This document shows, piece after piece, positions 8,952 to 16,818 of a DNA stretch of 29,777 nucleotides. The notes under the pieces are model-generated. The model saw only the letters and a list, made by a program, of their open reading frames with translations, was not told the DNA's origin and ran no database searches. The DNA is from an uncultured Methanosarcinales archaeon. Its GTDB lineage: Archaea > Nanobdellota > Nanobdellia > Woesearchaeales > CAZPJY01. The stretch's first letter is position 1, and each line of letters starts with the position of its first letter. The translations under genes and the position numbers were made by a program. The stretch spans positions 62,001 through 91,777 of the forward strand of contig CAZPJY010000002.1 in the NCBI GenBank assembly GCA_964587045.1, in the 5' to 3' direction.

Positions 8952-9254
8952 CTAATAGTTATCTACGACATACACAAATATTGCCTTATCCTCGGAATCG
9001 ATGCGTTGGCAATTCACTTTGGTATTGAACTTTAGGTTTCTTCTCAAAAGTTTTGGAATCAGGAAATATTTTGTTGCTTCATTTTTGCCTCTGAGTGATA
9101 TTCTTGCTGGGACCTCCGCTACAGCATCGGAAAAGAGATGAATCTCGTTGAGATGTCCTTTGAGATTAAGAAATTCGCTGTTGTTGAGCAAAGTCTCCAC
9201 TACTACCTTTCGCTCATCTTGAGAATACCTTTTTGTGCTTAAAATTTTTCCCAT
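8952..9254 (-). CDS. Small conserved archaeal protein with AbrB-like swapped-hairpin C-terminal half
   Basis: RGKNEATKYFLIPKLLR...IFVYVVD resembles an AbrB/MazE hairpin. ATG at 9254 (MGKILS) is preferred over the AT-rich upstream ATG at 9344. Confidence 0.65.
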   Translation of the reverse strand: MGKILSTKRYSQDERKVVVETLLNNSEFLNLKGHLNEIHLFSDAVAEVPARISLRGKNEATKYFLIPKLLRRNLKFNTKVNCQRIDSEDKAIFVYVVDNY

Positions 9255-9421
9255 CTTTTTTTCCCTCGATATTTTCGGATGAAGATGCAAAAAATCTTCG
9301 ATTTTATCCAGAATGATTTTTAAGAATATATATTTTATCTGCATAATATAAGTATGTATGTATATTTTTCGAAATATATTTATATATCTTTTGCTTGATG
9401 TGAGTGATAATGAGATATTCG

Positions 9422-10333
9422 ATGAAAAGGAAGGTGGTTTTACATGGTCCTTCTACCTTGACCGTGTCATTACCCTCAGACTGGGTAAAAATTAATAGGA
9501 TTAAACGCGGGGATGATGTTATCGTCCAGGAGAAGGATAAGTCTCTGCTAATTTCCCCAACAAGCTTCCTGCCAAAGGGTTTGAGTGCGACGTTTTCTGT
9601 TGGCAACAACAGGCGTATAGGGCGATCTATGATAACAAGTTTCTACAGGAGTGGATATGATGAGGTAAGAATTGAATATAACCAAATTGAATTTATTGAG
9701 GATATACAACAAATCCTCTTCGAGGAAATATTTGGGTTTGAGATTGTCTCGCATACAAAAACAGAATGCGTCCTCAAAGATCTTTCTGGAGAGGGTATCC
9801 AAGCCTTCCACATTGTTCTAAGAAGGGTATGGTTCCTCCTGCTTGACCTGGCAACGGATTTGTTCAATGGTATAAAAAATAGGGACTCAAACCTATTGAA
9901 TACCATGTCTGTAAGGGAAAAGAGCATTAACCGTCTTACTAACTACTGTATTAGAACCATGATTAAACAGGGAGAGCATGATTATCATAAGTTGATGGTA
10001 TACTACCGTTTTGTTAGAAGTCTCGAAGAACTGGCAGATTGTTATAAGGATTTCTCACTGTACATTCTGAAACAAGCGGAAATCAAACCCTCACGTGTAA
10101 TATTGAGGTTGCTTAAGGGGACCAATGAACAACTAACGCTATTTCATAGCATCTTTTACAAGTATTATCCGGATGATGCAGAAAGGCTGAATAGGGAGAC
10201 CCAGTTGTTATACCAGCGGATGGTTCCCCTATTCAATTCTGGAATTGATGCTTACCAATTGCATTTCCTATTCACAATATGCAAGGGAATCAGGAACCTT
10301 ATATCGACCATTGTGGAACTACAGATTAAATGA
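9422..10333 (+). CDS. AbrB-domain PhoU-like phosphate uptake regulator (archaeal type)
   Basis: MKRKVVLHGPSTLTVSLPSDWV (AbrB N-terminus), YRSGYDE, GFEIV, followed by PhoU-like helical repeats (LEELAD). ATG at 9422. The ORF track extends it to 9404. Confidence 0.85.
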   Translation: MKRKVVLHGPSTLTVSLPSDWVKINRIKRGDDVIVQEKDKSLLISPTSFLPKGLSATFSVGNNRRIGRSMITSFYRSGYDEVRIEYNQIEFIEDIQQILFEEIFGFEIVSHTKTECVLKDLSGEGIQAFHIVLRRVWFLLLDLATDLFNGIKNRDSNLLNTMSVREKSINRLTNYCIRTMIKQGEHDYHKLMVYYRFVRSLEELADCYKDFSLYILKQAEIKPSRVILRLLKGTNEQLTLFHSIFYKYYPDDAERLNRETQLLYQRMVPLFNSGIDAYQLHFLFTICKGIRNLISTIVELQIK

Positions 10334-12286
10334 ACCCTGCAGGTTGTGGAATACAAGCGACAGGTAATCTATGTTGTTATCTTGCCTTGTTTTCTTGATA
10401 ATATCTAACCACCAGTTTAGAGATAGAAAATGGTATTGGATTTCACGATTTGTCAAGATGCTCTTATTGGTCTTTTCCTTGTCTTTCCATGCGTCGAGGT
10501 GATGGATCCAATTTATGTTTCTGTAAACAGCCTTCTCTTCATAAAAGTTCATCATTTCATTATACCTGAATTTTCCGACAAGAGTAATGATTGCTCTAGG
10601 ATTTACGCCCTTTAAGGCATTCACCGCATCCAATTCCTGGTTTTTCTCGAGTGCAAGGTATGCTAAAGGGATAAATCCTCTCTTTTCTAAAGGGATTCTC
10701 CACGCGTACGATTCTGAGAGTTCCAGTAATTCGTTCTGCTCGAAAATTAAATCTCCCAATCTCTCGAAATCAAAATGTATGAATGTATCCCGATCATTCA
10801 CTATCTCATTGAGATGTCCGAAGTAAGCCTCTTTGTTATTTAGAGCCGCAGAGAACACGGCCTCAACAGCGTCCTCAAGTTTCTCATGGTATTCGCTCGG
10901 TGATATAACCAAATTTCTCATCTGGTTCTTCGATTCCTGTATCCTTTCTAATCCATCGTTAAGGAGTTGGCTCCCTATCCTATTCTTTAGACTCCTTACA
11001 ATATATTCAACATCCACGTTGATATTACGAGGATGCCTGTCAACCTGCCTAATCAACTTCCCATTATAGCACCTTGAGGTCAGTTGTTCAATGGAAGCTG
11101 AGAGAAGGTCAGTGTCATATTTTATATTATACTTCGATAATATCTCTTCAACACGAGTATATGCCTTTGAGTAGTATTCCTGAGGTTTCGCTTGAAAATC
11201 ATAATAAGTATTGATAAGCTCGATTCTATCCTTTAGTCCACGAATTATTAGTGTATCTAAGAGAATATTCATCTCCGGTTGGATGGCAGCGAACCTCTTA
11301 TCATCCGTTATATTATGCAACTTTAACAGAAAATTGAAGAATTGAAGACCGGTAAATTCTTCAACTAATAATTTATCCTCTATTTTTATAACTTCGGATT
11401 TCCGGAGTGGAATCGAATTATAGGCTGAATATGCGATGTCGGCTTTCTCTTTTTCTTTAAACTTCTTTACCCAAAATACCCGCTTGAGCTTTTGCATCTG
11501 CTTCTTGTAATTTGCCGAATAAAGCTTCTCGGTAGATGCCCCTTCATACTCGAAGAGATAAGCGTTCTCCCTGAATTTATATACGCTCTGGTAAAACAGG
11601 TCAATATCTTCTTGGTTGTTAATAATTCTCCTTATGAAAGGGTTAAATCTCTGGATGTTATCTGTTATGCTGAAAAGAACATCCAGGTGCTGTGACGCGA
11701 TTTGGATTTGTTCATCCTCATAGCATAGCATTGTCAACATGAATAAGTCCTGAAGTGTGTTCGGACCCGATATTTGTATGGCGGCTTTTACTTTGTTTTT
11801 AAAAGAAAACAGCGTTGAGACGCCTTCATTTGTCCGATAGGGTTCAAGTTTGACGTCGAAGAACTGATCACCAATCCTATGGTGCCTCATCCATACTCCA
11901 TTCCCGAGGTTCAGCTGATGTGTAATATACTCTTTATTGTCTTTAAGTCCCAACGCTTTCAACGGGTCTTTAGAAAAGGTTTCCTGATCTAACTTAATAC
12001 CTAGCTCATCTTTGATATTGTTATACGATTCGAAGAAGGTTACATCCCCGAAATGCATTATTCCTCCCTTGGTAACGAACAGATTGCCCAAACCCCGGAT
12101 CTCATCTAATTTCTGGCGAAGATTACGATTCTCTTTTATGAGGGCCTCATTTGCGATGACTAGTTCTCGTTTCTCATCCTCCAATCGGGTTACTTCCCGG
12201 TTTCTAGGTTTGTGATTATTTATCCAATGTGCTAGATTTTTTCTCAAATTTTCCATTCTTTTCTTTCTTTTGGATATTTCTTGCAT
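10319..12286 (-). CDS. Hypothetical protein with N-terminal coiled coil and a cryptic protein-kinase-like (phosphotransferase) domain
   Basis: 655-aa ORF with FWVKKF, LLVEEF, DRHPRNI and HFDFE in kinase order. Confidence 0.6.
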   Translation of the reverse strand: MQEISKRKKRMENLRKNLAHWINNHKPRNREVTRLEDEKRELVIANEALIKENRNLRQKLDEIRGLGNLFVTKGGIMHFGDVTFFESYNNIKDELGIKLDQETFSKDPLKALGLKDNKEYITHQLNLGNGVWMRHHRIGDQFFDVKLEPYRTNEGVSTLFSFKNKVKAAIQISGPNTLQDLFMLTMLCYEDEQIQIASQHLDVLFSITDNIQRFNPFIRRIINNQEDIDLFYQSVYKFRENAYLFEYEGASTEKLYSANYKKQMQKLKRVFWVKKFKEKEKADIAYSAYNSIPLRKSEVIKIEDKLLVEEFTGLQFFNFLLKLHNITDDKRFAAIQPEMNILLDTLIIRGLKDRIELINTYYDFQAKPQEYYSKAYTRVEEILSKYNIKYDTDLLSASIEQLTSRCYNGKLIRQVDRHPRNINVDVEYIVRSLKNRIGSQLLNDGLERIQESKNQMRNLVISPSEYHEKLEDAVEAVFSAALNNKEAYFGHLNEIVNDRDTFIHFDFERLGDLIFEQNELLELSESYAWRIPLEKRGFIPLAYLALEKNQELDAVNALKGVNPRAIITLVGKFRYNEMMNFYEEKAVYRNINWIHHLDAWKDKEKTNKSILTNREIQYHFLSLNWWLDIIKKTRQDNNIDYLSLVFHNLQGSFNL

Positions 12287-12389
12287 TTTTTTATCCTAAT
12301 ATCCTCGTGAAAGTATTAAGTGTCAATATGATTTCATCAATTGGGGAAGTCTGGCTAGAACTTTCTCTAGATATTAAGGGGGTGAAAAA

Positions 12390-12566
12390 ATGAAGAAAGT
12401 AATAGTGGTAACTATGATAGTGGTTGCCTTGTTGGTGGGAGCCTTTGCTATTGGTGTAATAAGCTCGGACAGCGCTGAAGATGTTACATATGATATGTTT
12501 TTGAACAAAGAGTTTGTCACTCCAGTTCTCGCAATGGATCCTCCGGTCCCACCTTGCTGCACTTAA
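12390..12566 (+). CDS. Small secreted peptide precursor, 58 aa (MKKVIVVTMIVVALLVGAFAIGVISSDSAEDVTYDMFLNKEFVTPVLAMDPPVPPCCT), not in the ORF track
   Basis: Translated by hand. Strong archaeal RBS GGGGGTGA just upstream, classic MKK + hydrophobic signal peptide, fills the gap between two minus-strand genes. Confidence 0.8.
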   Translation: MKKVIVVTMIVVALLVGAFAIGVISSDSAEDVTYDMFLNKEFVTPVLAMDPPVPPCCT

Positions 12567-12573
12567 TATATTT

Positions 12574-14967
12574 TTAATTTCCATTTTTTTCCAACTGAGT
12601 GATATATGAAATACCTTGAAGTAGTGCATAATCAGCTAGAACATAAGTGCAACTTCTCAAAGTCTGATGATTGCTAAGGGGTATTTTTTTTATAAAATAT
12701 GGCTGGAAATCAATTCCGTCTTTTTTATCGACAATGTAATTATTTTCCATTAGAGAAATTAATGTTGCCTTGGCAAGGTTGAGATATTCATTGTGACCTG
12801 TCGCTTGAAAGAGCCTTCCAAAAGCCCAAAATGCAACGGCTGCTGCGCCGGGATCCATAATTCCCTCCTTCATATCCATAAAAGGTATCTTTGAGCTTGG
12901 TAGATGTGAGATGTAATAAGCCGTTGCCTGCTCTGCTCGATCCAGGTACCATGGCTTGTCTTGATTCATTGCATTTTCATAACCGGATAAAAGACCCAGT
13001 ACTGCAAGCATCTGCCCTCGTGCAAATCTTCCTTCCTGACCGTGCTGGGACTTTATGTAGCCTTTATTAAAGTCATAAATCTGCCTAATCAAGCCTTTTT
13101 CCTCCCCATCTGATTCGAAGAGCTTTTGGGAAAGTGTTCTATAATGGTTTTGGAGAATGGAGTACAACTCTTCTTTCCTGATGGGATTATCAGTCTTTTT
13201 ATATTCCCACCATAGTGGTTCGGTCAGATTCCAGAAATTGGCTGATGTAATCCTCTTATCGTCTATTTCATTACGAATGTCATCATAGGTTCTCTCGATT
13301 AAAACCCCTGGAGATTTATACAATGTTCTGATGAGGTCATCATTGATATCTGAAATTAACTCAAATGCGTTTTCATCATGAAGCATATCGAAGGCTGGAT
13401 GATATGCAAAATAGAATCTCGTAAGCTCTACTGTGACCTGTTTATCCCTAATGATACCATTTTTCCATCTTGTCGCCCAACGCATCCAGTCTGATCTTGA
13501 TTCTTGGGACGGTGCTTGCTCATAACCTTTCCAGACCATTCCCGCAAAGATGCCGTCGGTCCACTGCTTACCATGACCTTTGTATGCACTGACATTTGTT
13601 GTGACCCAAGGGTACTGGATTGGCTCGATTTTCTCCTCAAAAGAGAGCCAAGTTTTTAATCTGTCATATAGCGAATGCTCAAAATTGTGCAATGATAGGA
13701 TAAATCCTGTGTCATTGGGATAATCTTGCTTGTATGTTTGAATGAGCCTGTCACTATTCTTAATTACCTTATCTTTTTCCAAGTAAATTTGCTCGAAAGA
13801 AGGAGGTGGTGCTGTGTATTCTTGAACCAATATTCCGCCTCCGACAGCTACGCAAAGTGATACTAATGGTATGAGAATGGCCTTTCGAAGCCTCCTTTTC
13901 TTCAGAGTTTTCTCCCGATCCATACGTGCTTCCATGTCCCTGCTGATTTTTATTTTAACCCGTTTGTTCTCTAAGTAGGAAGAAAGGTCATTGATTGCCT
14001 CATTTGCGTTATGATACCTCATCTGGGGATTAATGTCTAGTAACTTTAAATTCGTCATTTCGAGCGTTGAGAGATCCTTGAGGTAAGGATTCAACTTTGA
14101 AGGTCGGGGGAAAGCTGACATTTCAATTATGTTGGAGATCTCAACTTCAAGCCTTTCATCAGAAGTGTATCTTATTATTGATTCAAGGTCTTTGAATTTG
14201 TCCGGATCCCTCCATTGATACTTTGCTATTAGGCTATGTAAAATTGGATGTTCTCCAGTGAGAAGTTCATAGAACATAATTCCGGATTGGTATAATTCTG
14301 CTGATATCTCCTCCTCAAGGGTGAGGTTCGTTTTGCCCATAATTATCTCAGGAGCAGTGTAAATGTGTTTCCCAACCAGTATCCGGCCTTCCTTTGCGGT
14401 CAGAGTCCTTAAGAAATCTCTGCTCTCTTTAACCAGGTCAAAATCGATAATTTTAATCGATTTATCCTTCGTGATGATTATATTCGAGGATGTCATATCC
14501 CTATGCACATACCCATTTTCATGGAGACTGCGTATGCCTTTCAGTATCTCAAGCATTATATTAGCGCTCTCAAGAACGGATTTCTCAAAGAATTCTTTAG
14601 TGATTTCAATTCCAGCAACTCTTTTCCCGACATGATTGAATGAAGGTCTCTTTTTTATCCAGGTCTCAAGGGATTCGCCCTCAACCAACTCCGAAATCTG
14701 ATAATAGAACCTGTCCCTCTCATTGAACTCATAAAGGGTGGCGAGGCGAGAGTCCATCTTTGTTGATTTGAATGCCTTCGGCAGCCCGGCAATAATTCTT
14801 TTATTCCTTGAAGATTCAAGGCTTTTCGGTATGATTTTTAGGGCCACCTCCCTACCCGGCACGGTTCGGTCCTCGGCCCGGAAAACCGCTCCGTACCCTC
14901 CTTTACCCAATAGCTCGATGAGCAGATACTTATCTATAGTCTCCCCGACGAAATCACCATAACCCAT
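12574..14967 (-). CDS. Transmembrane Ser/Thr protein kinase with extracellular GH88-like (alpha/alpha)6 barrel domain
   Basis: GKGGYGAV, VALK, HRDMTSSN, DFD, YTAPE, then KKRRLRK + one TM helix, then WTDGIFAGMVW, FARGQ, DPGAAAVA, ADYALLQG resembling unsaturated glucuronyl hydrolase motifs. Confidence 0.85.
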   Translation of the reverse strand: MGYGDFVGETIDKYLLIELLGKGGYGAVFRAEDRTVPGREVALKIIPKSLESSRNKRIIAGLPKAFKSTKMDSRLATLYEFNERDRFYYQISELVEGESLETWIKKRPSFNHVGKRVAGIEITKEFFEKSVLESANIMLEILKGIRSLHENGYVHRDMTSSNIIITKDKSIKIIDFDLVKESRDFLRTLTAKEGRILVGKHIYTAPEIIMGKTNLTLEEEISAELYQSGIMFYELLTGEHPILHSLIAKYQWRDPDKFKDLESIIRYTSDERLEVEISNIIEMSAFPRPSKLNPYLKDLSTLEMTNLKLLDINPQMRYHNANEAINDLSSYLENKRVKIKISRDMEARMDREKTLKKRRLRKAILIPLVSLCVAVGGGILVQEYTAPPPSFEQIYLEKDKVIKNSDRLIQTYKQDYPNDTGFILSLHNFEHSLYDRLKTWLSFEEKIEPIQYPWVTTNVSAYKGHGKQWTDGIFAGMVWKGYEQAPSQESRSDWMRWATRWKNGIIRDKQVTVELTRFYFAYHPAFDMLHDENAFELISDINDDLIRTLYKSPGVLIERTYDDIRNEIDDKRITSANFWNLTEPLWWEYKKTDNPIRKEELYSILQNHYRTLSQKLFESDGEEKGLIRQIYDFNKGYIKSQHGQEGRFARGQMLAVLGLLSGYENAMNQDKPWYLDRAEQATAYYISHLPSSKIPFMDMKEGIMDPGAAAVAFWAFGRLFQATGHNEYLNLAKATLISLMENNYIVDKKDGIDFQPYFIKKIPLSNHQTLRSCTYVLADYALLQGISYITQLEKNGN

Positions 14968-15093
14968 ATATCAGATATTTTTTCCACTCTATTTTTATAC
15001 TTTCCCCTTTCGGCTGCAGCTGTTTCTTTAGGTGATTGCCAGCAAGTATTTTTAAAAAGATTAATAAACACTTTTCAATTAGCCCAAGCTGAC

Positions 15094-15166
15094 AGCCCCG
15101 TGGTGTAGCGGTCAATCATCCAGCCCTTTGGAGGCTGGGACCTCGGTTCGAATCCGAGCGGGGCTA
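15094..15166 (+). tRNA. tRNA-Gln (anticodon TTG), intronless, CCA not encoded
   Basis: Acceptor AGCCCCG/CGGGGCT + discriminator A, anticodon arm CAGCC-CTTTGGA-GGCTG, T-arm CTCGG-TTCGAAT-CCGAG. The A1-U72 pair is typical of archaeal tRNA-Gln. Confidence 0.97.
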
Positions 15167-15324
15167 TTTGGTATTTCTGCAACATGTTTGGGACTTATAT
15201 TTTAATGGGTGTTAAATCTCCCGAACGATAATAAGAGTGCAACGTGGTACGGAACGAAGTGGAGCAAGTTCGTTCAAGAGAGATAAATCTTCCGTTCTAA
15301 AAGTTTGGATTCGAAGAAAAATAC

Positions 15325-16065
15325 TCACACTACCGATGTTAGGAACAGTATGAGGAGAATCCCAAGGCCCATCGCGAGTACTGTCTTGTTCGAGTCGTAC
15401 GATCTCGTCTCAGGAAGGAGATTCGCTGCTCCTAGGAAGATGAACTCCCCGACGAACACCCCAAGTATGAGAATCAGGGCCTTTTCCGGCAGGCTGAAGA
15501 AGTAGATGATGGCTACGCCGAGCAAGGGCGCGAGGGCGTCCAGGACCAAAAGGAGGACCGCGTACTTCCTCTTCTGCTTGCCTTTCAGCATCAGGGTGAC
15601 CGTGTTGATTCCGTCGGTGAAATCGTGCAGGATGACAGCAAGTGCGACGAGAAGTCCCACCGAGGCGTTGAGCTGGAAAGCGGTCCCGATGGCTACCCCG
15701 TCGAGGAAGCTGTGGACAACGAGGCTCCCCGCTCCGATAGGGCCCATCACGTGGTTGTGCGTCTCGCACACTTCCCCGACGCAGTGTGTCACGAAATACC
15801 TGTCAATCAGGTTGTAGAGGAAGAACGAGAGGACGACTGCGATGAAGAGGTATCGGACCTCAAACCCTATTGAATTCGAGAGTTTGATGGCCTCAGGGAG
15901 AATGTCAAGGAAGGCGACGGCAATGAGGCTCCCCGCAGCGAACGAGAAGAAGTACGGGAGGCTTTTTTGGAAACGCAGGATGACTACCCCTCCAAGTAAT
16001 GTCGAGAGGAAAGTGCCGAGCGCAAGCGCCAGTATGAGCAATTCCATGAGCAGTGCGAATGCCAT
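15325..16065 (-). CDS. ZIP-family divalent metal transporter
   Basis: FAAG...LDILPEA, His/Cys loop, HSFLDG, HDFTDG, LLPE, multiple TM helices. The true start may be the ATG at 16047. Confidence 0.92.
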   Translation of the reverse strand: MAFALLMELLILALALGTFLSTLLGGVVILRFQKSLPYFFSFAAGSLIAVAFLDILPEAIKLSNSIGFEVRYLFIAVVLSFFLYNLIDRYFVTHCVGEVCETHNHVMGPIGAGSLVVHSFLDGVAIGTAFQLNASVGLLVALAVILHDFTDGINTVTLMLKGKQKRKYAVLLLVLDALAPLLGVAIIYFFSLPEKALILILGVFVGEFIFLGAANLLPETRSYDSNKTVLAMGLGILLILFLTSVV

Positions 16066-16155
16066 GCAGTTTATAAAGATTTAGTCCGATACACGCTGCT
16101 TGGCAAACTCGAGGCCTTATGGCTCGCATCTGGAGCCCCAACTTTTAAATATACC

Positions 16156-16818
16156 ATGATTCGCCTCTCCACCATGGATGCGCCCAAAGGCTCCAGTAGG
16201 AGAAGGTATCTCTATGCGGCACTCTTCTTTCTATTAATGGCTCTCATAATAGTGGTGAGGGACCTGGTGTTCTATGACGCATACAATATCATATGGTTCT
16301 GCGATCTCGTCCTTTTCCTGTTCGCTGTCGCGTTCTTCATGCGCAACATCCAGATGGTCAAAGGCCTGATAAACATCGGCCTTATCGCCCAGTTCATCTT
16401 TATTTCCGAGATAGTCATGTACGTATTCTTCGGCGTCTCCCTGAGCAGCATGCCATCTACCCTCCTCAGAACCAATCCTATAAATATTGTGCTCTCCATC
16501 ATGATACATCTCAGCTCAACCAACCTTGCGCTCCTTCTGACCTATCAGAGGAAGACGAGGAGGGTCTCGCTTCTGTACTCGTTCCTAGCTCTCCTACTCC
16601 TCTTCGTTCTTAGCCTAGCGTTTACTCCAGCGACAGATAACATCAATTACGTGTTCTCATCTGCCTTCCTCTTCGGTCTTGCCATTCCTTTCTACACCAT
16701 CCTTTGGCCATTACTCGCGTTCGCAATCGTGGTCATGCCCACCTACTGGTTCCAGAAAAAGCTGTATCTCATCTCGAAAAGTCACCAGGCCCTCCGCCCT
16801 TCCCGAAGCGACCGGTAG
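16156..16818 (+). CDS. Polytopic membrane protein of unknown function
   Basis: About six hydrophobic helices with WFCD, IH and NINY motifs. Confidence 0.75.
   Translation: MIRLSTMDAPKGSSRRRYLYAALFFLLMALIIVVRDLVFYDAYNIIWFCDLVLFLFAVAFFMRNIQMVKGLINIGLIAQFIFISEIVMYVFFGVSLSSMPSTLLRTNPINIVLSIMIHLSSTNLALLLTYQRKTRRVSLLYSFLALLLLFVLSLAFTPATDNINYVFSSAFLFGLAIPFYTILWPLLAFAIVVMPTYWFQKKLYLISKSHQALRPSRSDR

Larger units (their letters stand above)
6300..15060. other. AT-richer accessory block (possible genomic island) between dph5 and tRNA-Gln
   Basis: Abrupt shift by eye to A/T-rich codons right after the dph5 stop, reverting near the tRNA. No integrase or att repeat found. Confidence 0.55.

Noticed and set aside
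9255..9421. AT-rich stretch as a replication origin or CRISPR leader
   Set aside because: No ORB-like repeats, cdc6 or repeat-spacer array. Explained by divergent promoters.
12291..12629. Minus-strand ORFs of 112 aa and 62 aa in the track
   Set aside because: They overlap the kinase 3' end and lie antisense to a + strand ORF with a far better RBS and signal peptide.
12390..14967. Class III/IV lanthipeptide system (kinase + alpha/alpha barrel cyclase + Cys/Thr-containing peptide)
   Set aside because: There is no N-terminal lyase domain, a TM helix separates kinase from barrel, LanC zinc-ligand motifs are absent, the barrel motifs fit GH88 better, and the peptide has a Sec-type signal rather than a lanthipeptide leader.
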